DNA of 64,000 nt from Styela clava (taxonomy: Eukaryota): the NCBI RefSeq assembly GCF_964204865.1, contig NC_135261.1, positions 1,550,001-1,614,000 of the forward strand, given 5' to 3'. The number at the start of each line of letters is the position of its first letter. Positions within the stretch are counted from its first letter, which is position 1. A program made the translations under genes and the position numbers. Under the pieces are notes generated by a model that had not been told where the DNA came from, did no database searches, and saw only the letters and a list, made by a program, of their open reading frames with translations. Shown one piece after another: positions 40,226-51,736 of this stretch.

Positions 40226-41001
40226 GATAAATATATTGCAAAAAGGCAAGTGAGAAGGAACAAGTGATAAAAATATTTGGCGCATATGTACAATTATTTC
40301 ACTTAAAATATCAGGATGAAATTATAAGATAATTTCCTTTGAACTCACATGCTAGAAAGAAAATATGAGTAATCAATAGATTGGGCAAGTAAGATTTCGA
40401 TACTCCAAAATGTATTATAATTTATAACCAGCTTATCCAAGAGCTTGTTCTCAGATAATACATTATTAGCACGCACACAATCTAAAATCCAACAATATGG
40501 CAATCGAAAATATGATGTATATAAGTTACAAAATCAATCAGTACATTAATTGGAATGTTCTGGATTAAAATAGGTGAAAAAATCAAGACAAAATAGTAAG
40601 GTGTAAAGTGGGATTGATATAAAAAAGACTTACAAAGGGTGTTAATAATAACCTTCAACCTCAAACACACAGAATTAATAATCACAATTACCGTTTATAT
40701 AAAATTGTTTCAGTGCATAAAAGACACAAACTCAAAAGATTGTAATAAAATATTCAAAAACAAGCAGCTGTCTAGTAATATTAAAGATAGAAAAACCTGA
40801 AAAATGGCAGTCCATTCTGGATAAAATATTTAAACTGTAAATTTTAAAACATTGCACAAGTATATGCTGAAACTACACATTATGTGTAGAGATCGATAAG
40901 TAATAAAATCATTTTTCTGTATCAAGCAATTATTGTAGCTTGAAATGCTTTTTAGGAGTCTTGATATATTCCGGGTTACGCCGCCGGCTTAACAAAAAGA
41001 A

Positions 41002-41314
41002 TTATTGGACACGTTTAGTGGACATAACGATCGTTTTGTTGTTATGTTGTTCTTTGACACCTTTTGGACACCTAGTGGAAATATAAAAAAAACGTTGGAC
41101 CAATTGCTTTTATTTATTTCAAATATTTCTGTGAGCTTTGTTTTTGTTTGCTATGACGTCACTGAACGTTCTGCGGACAGCGGACGCCATTTTGTGTCCG
41201 ACTGTACTGCTACGCTTGGTGTGAATATATTTGTAGACTGTGATCTGACGGTACGGTAAACCGTACTGTACTGCGAACAGACGTGTCCATATATTTGAGC
41301 ATCGCTCTCTTGTT
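41002..41314 (+). mobile_element. DINE-1/Helentron-like element (family H1) abutting the ARH3 stop codon
   Basis: TTATTGGACACG...CGTGTCCATATATTTGAGCATCGCTCTCTTGTT. Confidence 0.65.
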
Positions 41315-42409
41315 TTACATTAAAGAGCATCCGCTGCTCTTCTCTATACCTTGATTAATATCATGTAATGCATTTGCAAGTTTCAATGCCTTTCTGGATG
41401 CCTCACAAGCCCAAACCCACTCTGTGGGAATGAATTCGACCCCATAATAAGCCCCAGCTATTGCTCCTGCCATAGAAGCTATCGTGTCAGAGTCATGGCC
41501 AACAGCTGCAGCTGATATAACACAACGCACCATTCCATTGTAACTAGATAACTCAGGTATTTGGTTTCGATTTAAAGTGTATAAAAAGAAAAATATCGCA
41601 GCTGGAACTGATTCAGTGGCACGTACATCCGTCCCGAGTTTTTCAATTATCTCCCCAGGGGAAACCCCATTTTCGGCTTTCAATAAACCAACTACACTTT
41701 CTATTTTTTCTTCGTAAATTTCCAACTCTTCTTTAGCCGGAGTGACTTCTTTCAGCTGTGCAATTAACTCGTGACAGAATTTTTCAGTGTCTTCAATTTT
41801 TCCCGATGTCATAGCTTTTTCAATCGCAAGCGCCTGAAGTACAGCACCATTAATACCCTTCGGATTTGAATGAGTAAGTCTTGATTGGTCCGCAGCAAGA
41901 GCCACCATTTCAGGGATATTATCGTGGTGGAATAACGTGACGGGAGACACACGCATTGCAGATCCATTACCGAACGATCCCGTTCTCATAAATTGTTCGC
42001 TGGCCGCTCTATAAACATCATGTTTGTATTCATCGATTCTTCGTTTCCGAAAACAATCCGTAACATGATTACCGTAGTTCCTACCCAGTGGGGAACGGAA
42101 ATAAGTATCTGAAAAACGCTTAGAAATATCATTGGGATCGTAGATTTTCATCCTGACTAAAGATTCCCCCAGGTCAAAGGTCATGCACGTGTCATCGGTA
42201 TATCGCACATAACCTTCTTCGATGCTAGAAAATCCAGATCTTCGTGCGTCAGTAACTTCGTCATTGATGGTATCATAATATGATTTCACAGTTTCATAAG
42301 GAAGTGTTTTCCAGTCATTTTCAAAGTTAGCTCCCAAACAATCTCCAAATAGTGCACCGAGAGATACTCCTTGAAACTTTGATAAAAGTGTTAATTCTTG
42401 TGCAGCCAT
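41315..42409 (-). CDS. ADPRS: ADP-ribosylhydrolase ARH3-like paralog B (364 aa, intronless CDS, C-terminal CSLM)
   Basis: GALFGDCLGA-FE, YTDDT, GSFGNGSAMRV, LTH, HDSDTIASMAGAIAGAYYG. Start placed at MAAQELTL by comparison with paralog A. Confidence 0.88.
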   Translation of the reverse strand: MAAQELTLLSKFQGVSLGALFGDCLGANFENDWKTLPYETVKSYYDTINDEVTDARRSGFSSIEEGYVRYTDDTCMTFDLGESLVRMKIYDPNDISKRFSDTYFRSPLGRNYGNHVTDCFRKRRIDEYKHDVYRAASEQFMRTGSFGNGSAMRVSPVTLFHHDNIPEMVALAADQSRLTHSNPKGINGAVLQALAIEKAMTSGKIEDTEKFCHELIAQLKEVTPAKEELEIYEEKIESVVGLLKAENGVSPGEIIEKLGTDVRATESVPAAIFFFLYTLNRNQIPELSSYNGMVRCVISAAAVGHDSDTIASMAGAIAGAYYGVEFIPTEWVWACEASRKALKLANALHDINQGIEKSSGCSLM

Positions 42410-45400
42410 TCCCAGATAATATATTAATTTATAACTTTTATTTAGCTGTGAATATATGAAGCAAATGATTAAAACACAGCACAATACAATGATACATATT
42501 CAGAATAAAGAAAATATTACTGCAATGAACTTTATAGTAATACTGTAAACACAAATATTATAGCACAGTAAAAATGCTAGTAGTAATGCTGAGCTGGGAC
42601 TTTCAAAAAAGACTTACCGGTACATATTATGTACAAGTAGTGGCCTCAGTAGGCTTATTAACTCCGAAATAGAGAAATATTAGCTGGGGATGATTGTAAA
42701 TAAGCTATAAACACAAAAATATTGTCTGAACAGAATGCAATGATAGGCAATATTTACATAGATGGAAAATCATAAAAAATTTTATGAACAACCCAACAAG
42801 TACAAAAAAGCAAAAATTTTATTGGTGGACTCAGAAGAGTATTGCAGAGACTCATTACTTATCGATTTTAATTGGTAAGTATGTTGATAGGTATTTGTCT
42901 GTCTGTATGTCTGTTAGATGCACGCCATATCTCACGAAAGCGAGATTGAATCTGCTCCAGATTTTGCATGTGCATTCAAGCGAGTTCTTAATTGATTAGT
43001 GATGGGACGCAAGGTGTCACTATGGAGTGAGGGCGCTGTTTTGGGGGATCCCCTAACTTTCGATCGATAAGTCTTCGGTCTCTGACCGATATTCTCTTTT
43101 GTTTATTATTCCAGACCCACGAGGTCAACATCAAAAACATGAAAATGCAAATAAAGTAGGCAAACTAAATAAAATATTGCAATGCCAACAAAAAAATAAT
43201 TGTAGCAGATCTTGAAAAGAAAATTTTCCCAATAATTAAATATGAACAGATTTATTTTGATAAAATTGTCCCAGGGAGAAGTATACAAATGTAATAGTTT
43301 TCTGACACCCCCTCCATCTTCGAAGTATTCAAAAGTTGAACTTACTAGGTCCAGCACTTGCTAAGAAATTCAATAAGTCTATATCTATGCGATACTTAAG
43401 TCCAGTTTCATGTACACCAATTGAAAAGGCCACATTGATAGCCCATCAGATAAGGTATCTTGGAATCGAATAATGATTGGAAAAGGATGTTAATTGTTTT
43501 TCTGTATCCTGTCAGAAACAATCAAAGATATTTAGTACGAATAAAATAGACATCTTACTGCAAACAGGTAAATTTGAAAAATGAAACAGTAATATTTATA
43601 TTTTAATATATATTAAAAATTTGTACTATAAACTATGAGAATAGCTTGTATTTTAATATAGCTGAAATCATCAATTAGAAGAGCCTATAAATTCACAGCC
43701 CTTTTTAGGAATATTCAAAACAAGGCCGCGAGAACTCAATAAGAAAATAAAGACAATGATGAGTGAATCTATAGAGACGACAACAAAACCCCGAGAGCCA
43801 TTCACCCTACAACGATTCAAGATTTTTTATTCTTTCTACTGTTCTCATTCATTTTATACAGCTTATTAGCAAGTTTCATAGCCTTATCAGAACCCTCACA
43901 AGCTGTGACCCATTCTGATGGGATAGAATCCACTCCATAATATGCGCCAGCTATTGCCCCTGCCATACAAGCAACTGTGTCAGAGTCATGGCTCACAGAA
44001 GTGGCGTAAAGAACAGTTCTAACCATGCCATTGTAAGTTGATAATGTTGGAACATTGTTAGTTTTTAGTGAGTGTAAGAAAAAGAAAATTGCTGGCGGAA
44101 CGGCCTGGATAGCTAACACACCCGTACCAAGTTTCGAGACAATTTCTCTTGGTGTAACTTCACTCTCTTTTTCAAGTAATTCCATCACATTTGACATTCC
44201 ATTTTCAAAAATTTCCATGTCTTCTTTAATAGGTGTGATTTCTTTAAATTGATCTAATAATTCTTGGCAAAATATTTTAGCATTATCAATTTTTCCCGAT
44301 GTCATAGCTTTTTCAATTGCAAGCGCTTGTAGTACGGCACCGTTGATTCCTCTTGGGTTTGTGTGGGTTAGCTTAGATTGCGCAACTACCAAGGTTAACA
44401 TCTCGATAATATTATCATGATGTAACAAAGCAACTGGTGAAACCCTCATAGCGGAACCGTTTCCATAGGAACCAGAACCACCAAACTGTTCACTTGCTGG
44501 TTTATAAACATCACCACGGCAACTGTTTTCTTTCAGTTCACTAAAGACTTTCGCAACATGTTTTCCGTAATTCCTTTCTTTTGGCGAAGCAAAAAACGTC
44601 TCTGTAAATCGCTTAGCGACATCTTGTGGCTTGAACTTCCTATTTTTAGTCAGCGATTTAGCAAGGTCAAAGGTCATGCAGGTGTCATCAGTGTAATGAA
44701 CAAAACCAGAATCAGCTTTTGGTGTTTCCATAGCAACCTTATCTTTGATTGTTTCATAATAAGAGATAACTTTTTCATATGGCAAAATGCTCCAATTATT
44801 TTCAAATTTAGCTCCCAAACAGTCCCCAAATAAAGCTCCGAGAGAAACTCCTTGGAACCTTGACAGAAGAGACAATTCCAATTCTTGAGTTGCCATATTT
44901 AAACCAAGATAACTAAAAATCTGGCATGAACAGTATGTTTATTTGTCACGTAAATAAAAAATTGACTACATTTAAAAGTTAGATGAATATACATATCCTG
45001 TCTTCAACCACAGTATACTGCAATAGCACCAATAACACTCGGCCATTCGTAACGCAAGGCACAGTACCGCATAGTTCTACGATTTCGAGAATAGCCCCAC
45101 ATTGAAAGACATCAATTATAACAGTTAGAGCATACCCTTCCTTTACAAGACGGTTGATTTACAAGACAGTCTGCGACTCCAAGAATAGTCCCACATTGAA
45201 ATATACATCAATTATAACAATAAGTGCAAACCCCTCTATTTAGGACAGTCTGGGCCTCCATATAGGCAAACCGACACTGCAGAATATAATAAAAGCAAGC
45301 GCAATCTAAAAACGTTACCATTGAATTCCTCAGAAAAAAATAGTTTGATTCACCAAAGGAAAAAGTATATTTTCATAGCATTAAGAAAAAAAAACCAACA

Positions 45401-45523
45401 CGATTAATTTAAATCATTACCAGTACCGTATCCGGACAAACATCAGAACATAATGTGATATGGCAGTTGAAGTCTAACTAGGCAATTCAAAATATTAAAA
45501 AAAACCTTGACATCGCAGTTTCA
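42008..45523 (+). repeat. Segmental duplication, copy 1 (direct repeat of 60085-64000)
   Basis: Colinear, near-identical sequence including intergenic DNA. Confidence 0.92.
43817..44896 (-). CDS. ADPRS: ADP-ribosylhydrolase ARH3-like paralog A (359 aa, intronless CDS)
   Basis: Same catalytic motifs: YTDDT, GSYGNGSAMRV, DSDTVACMAGAIAGAYYG. Confidence 0.9.
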   Translation of the reverse strand: MATQELELSLLSRFQGVSLGALFGDCLGAKFENNWSILPYEKVISYYETIKDKVAMETPKADSGFVHYTDDTCMTFDLAKSLTKNRKFKPQDVAKRFTETFFASPKERNYGKHVAKVFSELKENSCRGDVYKPASEQFGGSGSYGNGSAMRVSPVALLHHDNIIEMLTLVVAQSKLTHTNPRGINGAVLQALAIEKAMTSGKIDNAKIFCQELLDQFKEITPIKEDMEIFENGMSNVMELLEKESEVTPREIVSKLGTGVLAIQAVPPAIFFFLHSLKTNNVPTLSTYNGMVRTVLYATSVSHDSDTVACMAGAIAGAYYGVDSIPSEWVTACEGSDKAMKLANKLYKMNENSRKNKKS

Positions 45524-45738
45524 GAGCACGAGTTCAATTTTTTCACCTCAAATATGGTACCGGTACGGTACGGTACCTATCCTAGAGCTCAACTAATCCA
45601 AGATGGATCATCACTGAGACTTAGGTATATAAAATTCATAGTTATGTAGTCTAGCTCTCTGCCTCTCTCTCTTGTCACTTTCATTCTTTTACAAAAATCA
45701 TGACGATAAATACGTAGTACTCTACCACACCTAATTTT

Positions 45739-48207
45739 ACCTAGGTAAAGCTAGCGGCCACTTCCAGCGGACAGTTACCAATTTTTCCAAATTTGAACCC
45801 GCCATGTTCCACGACAGTTGTCGCGAATTCACTTAATTGCGGCTACATGGATGCAAAAAATTAGGTGATTCTCCCTTTTAGAAACTGACGACAGACCTGA
45901 AACATAATAAAAAACAAAAATGATTGAAACAACACATTTTTTCCTCGATAAAATGAATTATTGTTCAGAAGCTCATTTATCGACAAAATCTAAAATTCAA
46001 CTGAGTTGAAGCGTAATTTATGCAAGAAATAATTTTTTCTCATCCAATTCATTAATACAGTGAATTTGATGAAGATATATAAAACATATATTAAATTTTA
46101 AAACAATTCCACTATGCGGAAAGTTGGGAAATACCCCCCAATTAAAGGAAAATTTTTAGGAAATTGTCAAAATAACTCAGTTAAAGCGTCATTTATGCAG
46201 GAAATAATATTTTCTCATCCAATTCAGTAATACAGTGAACAGTACAGTGAAAAAAATGCACCTTGCGGAAAGTAAAAAAATTCCCCCCAGTTTAAGAAAA
46301 AAATATAGGAAATCTCAAATTTAACTCAGTTAAAGCGTAATTTAGGCAAGAAGGAATTTTTTCTCATCCAATTCATTAATGCAGTGTGTTTGGAGGACAA
46401 ATATAAAATACATATTAAAATTTAAAAAAAATCCACCGTGCGGAAAGTAGGGAATTCCCCCTCAATTAAAAAATATATATAAGAAATCGTCAATTTGACT
46501 CAGTTAAAGCGTAATTTAGGTAAGAAGGAATTTTTTCTCATCCAATTCATTAATGCAGTGTGTTTGGTGGACAAATATAAAATACATATTAAAAGTTAAA
46601 AAAAATCCACCATGCGGAAAGTAGCGAAATTCGGTACTCTCGAAATATGGACACAAAGATGACGCACAACCTGAATATAAAAGGTGTACCAGGATAGGTT
46701 CAGAATTAGAATCTAGATTGTACGCTTTTGGGAGCGCAGGGAATAACCCATTTATGCACAAATTAATTTTTTCTCATCCAATTTATTGATACAGTGTATT
46801 TGGTGGACGAATATAAAATACATATTAAAATTTAAAAAAAATCCACCGTGCGGAAAGTAGGGAAATTCCCCTCAATTGAAGAAAAAAATATAAGAAATTG
46901 TCAATTTGACTCAATTAAAGCGTAATTTAGGTAAGAAGGAATTTTTTCTCATCCAATTCATTAATGCAGTGTGTTTGGTGGACAAATATAAAATACATAT
47001 TGAAATTTAAAAAAAATCCACCGTGCGGAAAGTGGGGAAATTCCCCCCAATTTAATGGAAATATTTGAAAAATCGTCTATCCAACTCAGTTAAAGCATAA
47101 TTTATGCAAGAAAAAATATTTTCTCATCAAATTCATTAATACAATGTATTTGGTGGACAGATATAAAATACATATTAAAATTTAAAAAAAATCCACCGTG
47201 CGGAAAGTAGGGAAATTCCCCCCAATTTAATGGAAATATTTGAGAAATCGTCCATCCAACTCAGTTAAAAAATAATTTATGCAGGAAAGAATATTTTCTC
47301 ATCCAATTCATTAATACAGTGTATTTGGTGGACGAATATAAAATACATATTAAAATTTAAAAAAAATCCACCGTGCGGAAAGTAGGGAAATTCCCCTCAA
47401 TTGAAGAAAAAAATATAAGAAATTGTCAATTTGACTCAGTTAAAGCGTAATTTAGGTAAGAAGGAATTTTTTCTCATCCAATTCATTAATGCATTGTGTT
47501 TGGTGGACAAATATAAAATACATATTAAAATTTAAAAAAAATCCACCGTGCGGAAAGTAGGGAAATTCCCCTCAATTGAAGAAAAAAATATAGGAAATTG
47601 TCAATTTGACTCAGTTAAAGCGTAATTTAGGTAAGAAGGAATTTTTTCTCATCCAATTCATTAATGCAGTGTGTTTGGTGGACAAATATAAAATACATAT
47701 TGAAATTTAAAAAAAATCCACCGTGCGGAAAGTGGGGAAATTCCCCCCAATTTAATGGAAATATTTGAGAAATCGTCTATCCAACTCAGTTAAAGCATAA
47801 TTTATGCAAGAAAAAATATTTTCTCATCAAATTCATTGATACAATGTATTTGGTGGACAGATATAAAATACATATTAAAATTTAAAAAAAATCCACCGTG
47901 CGGAAAGTAGGGAAATTCCCCCCAATTAAAAAATATATATAAGAAATCGTCAATTTGTCTCAGTTAAAGCGTAATTTAGGTAAGAAGGAATTTTTTCTCA
48001 TCCAATTCATTAATGCAGTGTGTTTGGTGGACAAATATAAAATACATATTGAAAGTTAAAAAAAATCCACCATGCGGAAAGTAGGGAAATTCGGTACTCT
48101 CGAAATATGGACACAAAGATGACGCACAACCTGAATATAAAAGGTGTACCAGGATAGGTTCAGATTTAGAATCTAGATTGTACGCTTTTGGGAGCGCAGG
48201 GAATAAA
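45739..48207 (+). repeat. Left arm: ~260-bp outer module plus about 12 tandem ~176-bp units
   Basis: Unit CTCAGTTAAAGCGTAATTT..TTCTCATCCAATTCATTAAT..TCCACCGTGCGGAAAGTAGGGAAATTCCC. Confidence 0.92.
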
Positions 48208-48376
48208 TGACCGTCTCACTGCTACTGTTCCCGACAGACAACTCAGTAACAATTCTACCTCTACATGATTCCAAATGGGATATAAAAGTATAATTTATTC
48301 AATCACAAGCAATTAAATAATTTTTATAATTCGTTTGTAACTGTTCTCAAATTTTTTGATCGGCACATACTTTCAG

Positions 48377-49957
48377 ACTATTATTTACTCCTTTCAACTG
48401 ATGACAAAGAATCGCCGTGATGTTTACGTTATGGATAGTTATATTGCTGGTTGTGTTTTTCTCCAACATGCATCACCATCTAATGACTGATGTAAGTCAA
48501 TCTTTCAATCTTTGATGTTTTTAATTTTTCAGGCGGATAGGAAACAACCAATAAATATATCCGAGGCTCGAGAACCCCGGTGTAATTGATATGTATAAGT
48601 TGATTTCATGATTACTTTTGTTACAAAAATATGAAAAAAACAATTTGACGCCGAACACCTCGGATTTGAATGTAAAACTGCTGGAATATACTTGCGGAAC
48701 TATGATCGAAAACCATTGGTATAAACAAAATTAGGGTTGGAAAAATCGACATTGTTTTTTTATCTAAAAAGTCCATATTCATCTTTCCTACAACACTTTA
48801 ATATCATACTTATATCATCTCATTTGTTTTACAGTTAAATTTAGGAAACTATAGCGTGATTGTTTCTGCGTGCAGGATAAATGAAAATCACTGGGTTCTT
48901 TTGCTGAGGATGAAGTTTTGTTTTGAAATTTTAATAATATTCAATAAATAAGAAATTGTTGTGGCAAAATTACATATTGCCTTTTTGTATTTGATTCTTC
49001 ATTTTGATTCGAACAAAATATCTTTGCAATTCATTGACACAACGAGAATTAATTTCTACTTTCTGAATCCGTATGGAGGTTCAATTGAAGAGACCACTCA
49101 CGCATGTGAAAATTATAAGTGAGTTCAATTCCTGAAATACATCTTATCGTTAGCCATTTCAACTACAAGCTAAAGTAGGAACTCAATAAACCTTTACTTC
49201 ACTGTTGCCAGATCGCTTTCAAATCCTGGAGTGGATTTTTTAAAATGATCTTCTTTACAGTTATCCAGTCCTTTATTTTTAATATTCCCTTTCTCTTGTT
49301 GAAAGTATTCGGCTGTTTTTGTAAAAACGTGTCCTGTTCTTACAAGTAATATATAAACTACATAATCACATTGTACCAGTAACAAACTGTATTTACAATT
49401 GGAATGACATTGACAATTGTGAATGACATTGAAATTGAATGAAAAGTATTGATTTTAAAAATCAAGTTACATGAGAAATATATTAGTAAAACTGAATTTA
49501 CACACGTTACAACACACAGAAACTGGATGAATTTACGAAAAGAATGCGAAAACTGGACACCAACGGTTACTGAACATCCCATTCAGAGGGATGGATCCAG
49601 TTGTGGAATTTACGTGATAAAGGTATATAGGAAGTCATACAAATTTAATTATCCATACATCAGTATATGTTCTTTGTCAATTTATTCACAAGTTAAAAAA
49701 TACATTTTTGACAGACTGCGTGGAGACGTACTGCAGTTTTTGTGGGGAGACGGGAGAAGCAGAATGGGTAAGTAACCTAATAGGTGTTCAATAAACATGC
49801 AATATATAATTTTATATTCATGGTATTTTGACTTTTTTTAAAGATTGGCTGTGATGTGTGTCCGCGCTGGTTTCATGCTGGATGCTACAACGGAGATATT
49901 GCGGAGATATTGTACGTACTTTGGAAATGTCCAGCATACGAGGCCGGTTGGCATTAA
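48377..49957 (+). pseudogene. Decayed spliced Ulp1/C48 (SUMO protease-like) peptidase plus PHD finger gene inside the foldback element
   Basis: Exon-like blocks: 48377- TIIYSFQLM..DVYVMDSY; 48835- LNLGNYSVIVSACRINENHWVLL; 49030-49118 FIDTTRINFYFLNPYG; 49520-49622 HPIQRDGSSCGIYVIK; 49715-49767 YCSFCGETGEAEW; 49844-49957 IGCDVCPRWFHAGC..WKCPAY. Shows mutated splice sites, a phase gap and a final PHD Cys read as Tyr. Confidence 0.8.
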
Positions 49958-50068
49958 AACGCATTTGATGTAAAAATAAGTTTCAAAGGGTTGCCACTTG
50001 ACACTAACAAGTAGATCAAATGGCCATTTCCCGTTAACCTGTCCATTGAGTACAGAGCCATGAATATA

Positions 50069-51073
50069 CAGTAGAAGCGCTACCCACGAAATTAATTCGT
50101 TCCGAAGACCCGTCGTATTACATAAGGCGTTTTACCTGTAAATGCCCTAATCCGTTTTAAGTCCACGTAAAACTCGGACATCATTTTCGTATAAATTATA
50201 TTAATGCTTAAAATCCAACAACTACATGTTAGAATTAGATTACAGCATAATAAATAAACAAAGAACATACGGAAGGAAGTAAGAACATAGTAATAACGAA
50301 TAAAAACTAAGAACGGTATGCTTATGTACCTTTGTTTACCATCGTCATAATCAAATGATTGATTCCCAAATTACCGTCCGCCACTGATGGAGAATTAAGA
50401 CCTGAAAACTTGTTTTATTTTTCAAGTCGGTTTTTATTTGATTTGAGTCGGCGCTAATCTTTCATGTCTGGTGTTATTATTTTAATTTTGCTTATTGATA
50501 TCGCCAACTTAAAGTGAACGATATTGTCATCAACGACGTCGGGATAATGATAAAATCCGCGTTAGATATTAAATAACATTTAAAGGTCATTTTATAAACT
50601 CTTAATTGTAAGAAATGAAAAAAATTCCTGTTATGTTCGGTCGCTATCGAAATTGAGGGTGAAAACAATTAATTGCGACACAATTTGCTTTCAGATTTAT
50701 TGGAATAGACGATAATAATTGTGAATATTGTGTAATAATTGTAATTGCGCTTTTTGAATTTCTTTCATGCTGGCCATAATTTAGTGCCACAACGCGCACG
50801 GCTGATTTCAATTGCGATAAAAAATAGAATGGCTGTGAATATTTTTTTTTAAATCGAAAGTTTGACGGCGCTAGGAAATGTGCGTCATATTCGGTATTCT
50901 CAAAAACACCAAAAAAACGATATTCGAAGGTCGCAATATTCAAATATTAGGTTTGTATTGAACATCCCTGCATTAAATTAATCTAAAATGAACAAATATC
51001 ACTATGCAAGTTTTCGGAAAAGAATTGTTGGATTTTTCGTATCCAGAGCCTTTCGTACGGAGAGTTTCTACTG
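50069..51073. mobile_element. Old Tc1/pogo-type (TA TSD) non-autonomous element nested in the foldback core
   Basis: TA-CAGTAGAAGCGCTACCCACGAA ... TTCGTACGGAGAGTTTCTACTG-TA degenerate TIRs. Confidence 0.55.
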
Positions 51074-51736
51074 TATACAAGTTTTTCGTGATATTTTTTG
51101 CTTCCATTTTTTTGTGATTGGCGAATAAAAAACGATTTGTTGATTGATTCATGTGAAAACTTCATTTGGGAATTGAAAGTTTCTTCATACGTTTACAGTG
51201 ATCGTAGCGGCTGCTATCGATCGTATCGTCGTTTCTTCCAACGTCTTAGTACGGTGTGCCATACTTCCTTTAGCTCTTTAATACAGTTTCACAGTCTTTC
51301 AAATTCTGAGATATTTTTTAACAACAGCATTAAAAGGTTCGGCGACATACATACATACATATTCGACATAACAAATGAAGCGCCATAAGTGTCAAATCGT
51401 TACTAATCTTGATGACGCCACCTCATCTGTTAAGGTTGACAATACTATTCTGATTTAGGCTGCTGATGTACTGGGTTAAGGCTGCACGTTCACCTAAGGT
51501 GACCCAAAGATACCAGCATAAGTTACTACTGAGGTTTTAGGGAAGGTAGTGCTATATGGAGTGAGAGGGGGTGTTACGAGGTTGTAGTGTAAACCAATAA
51601 AATGTAATAAGAACATGATAAAACTTCAAAAATAATATTTAGTTATGGAGGAGAATGGGAATGATCAATAAATATGACAAGATTTCGCTTTAATTTATAT
51701 AAATTTACGATTCCGTTGATTTTAACATAAGTTAGA

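Noticed and set aside
42410-42484. Hydrophobic N-terminal extension (signal peptide) on ARH3-B in the ORF track
   Set aside because: It starts at a non-ATG codon in AT-rich sequence, and paralog A aligns from MAAQEL/MATQEL.
43100-43520. Possible exon between the ARH3 paralogs
   Set aside because: An acceptor-like site is present, but the frame I translated has stops, nothing is recognisable, and copy 2 tolerates a transposon insertion there.
49449-49775. 108-aa ORF as a standalone gene
   Set aside because: Only 49520-49622 is coding-like; the rest reads through introns of the Ulp1-PHD relic.
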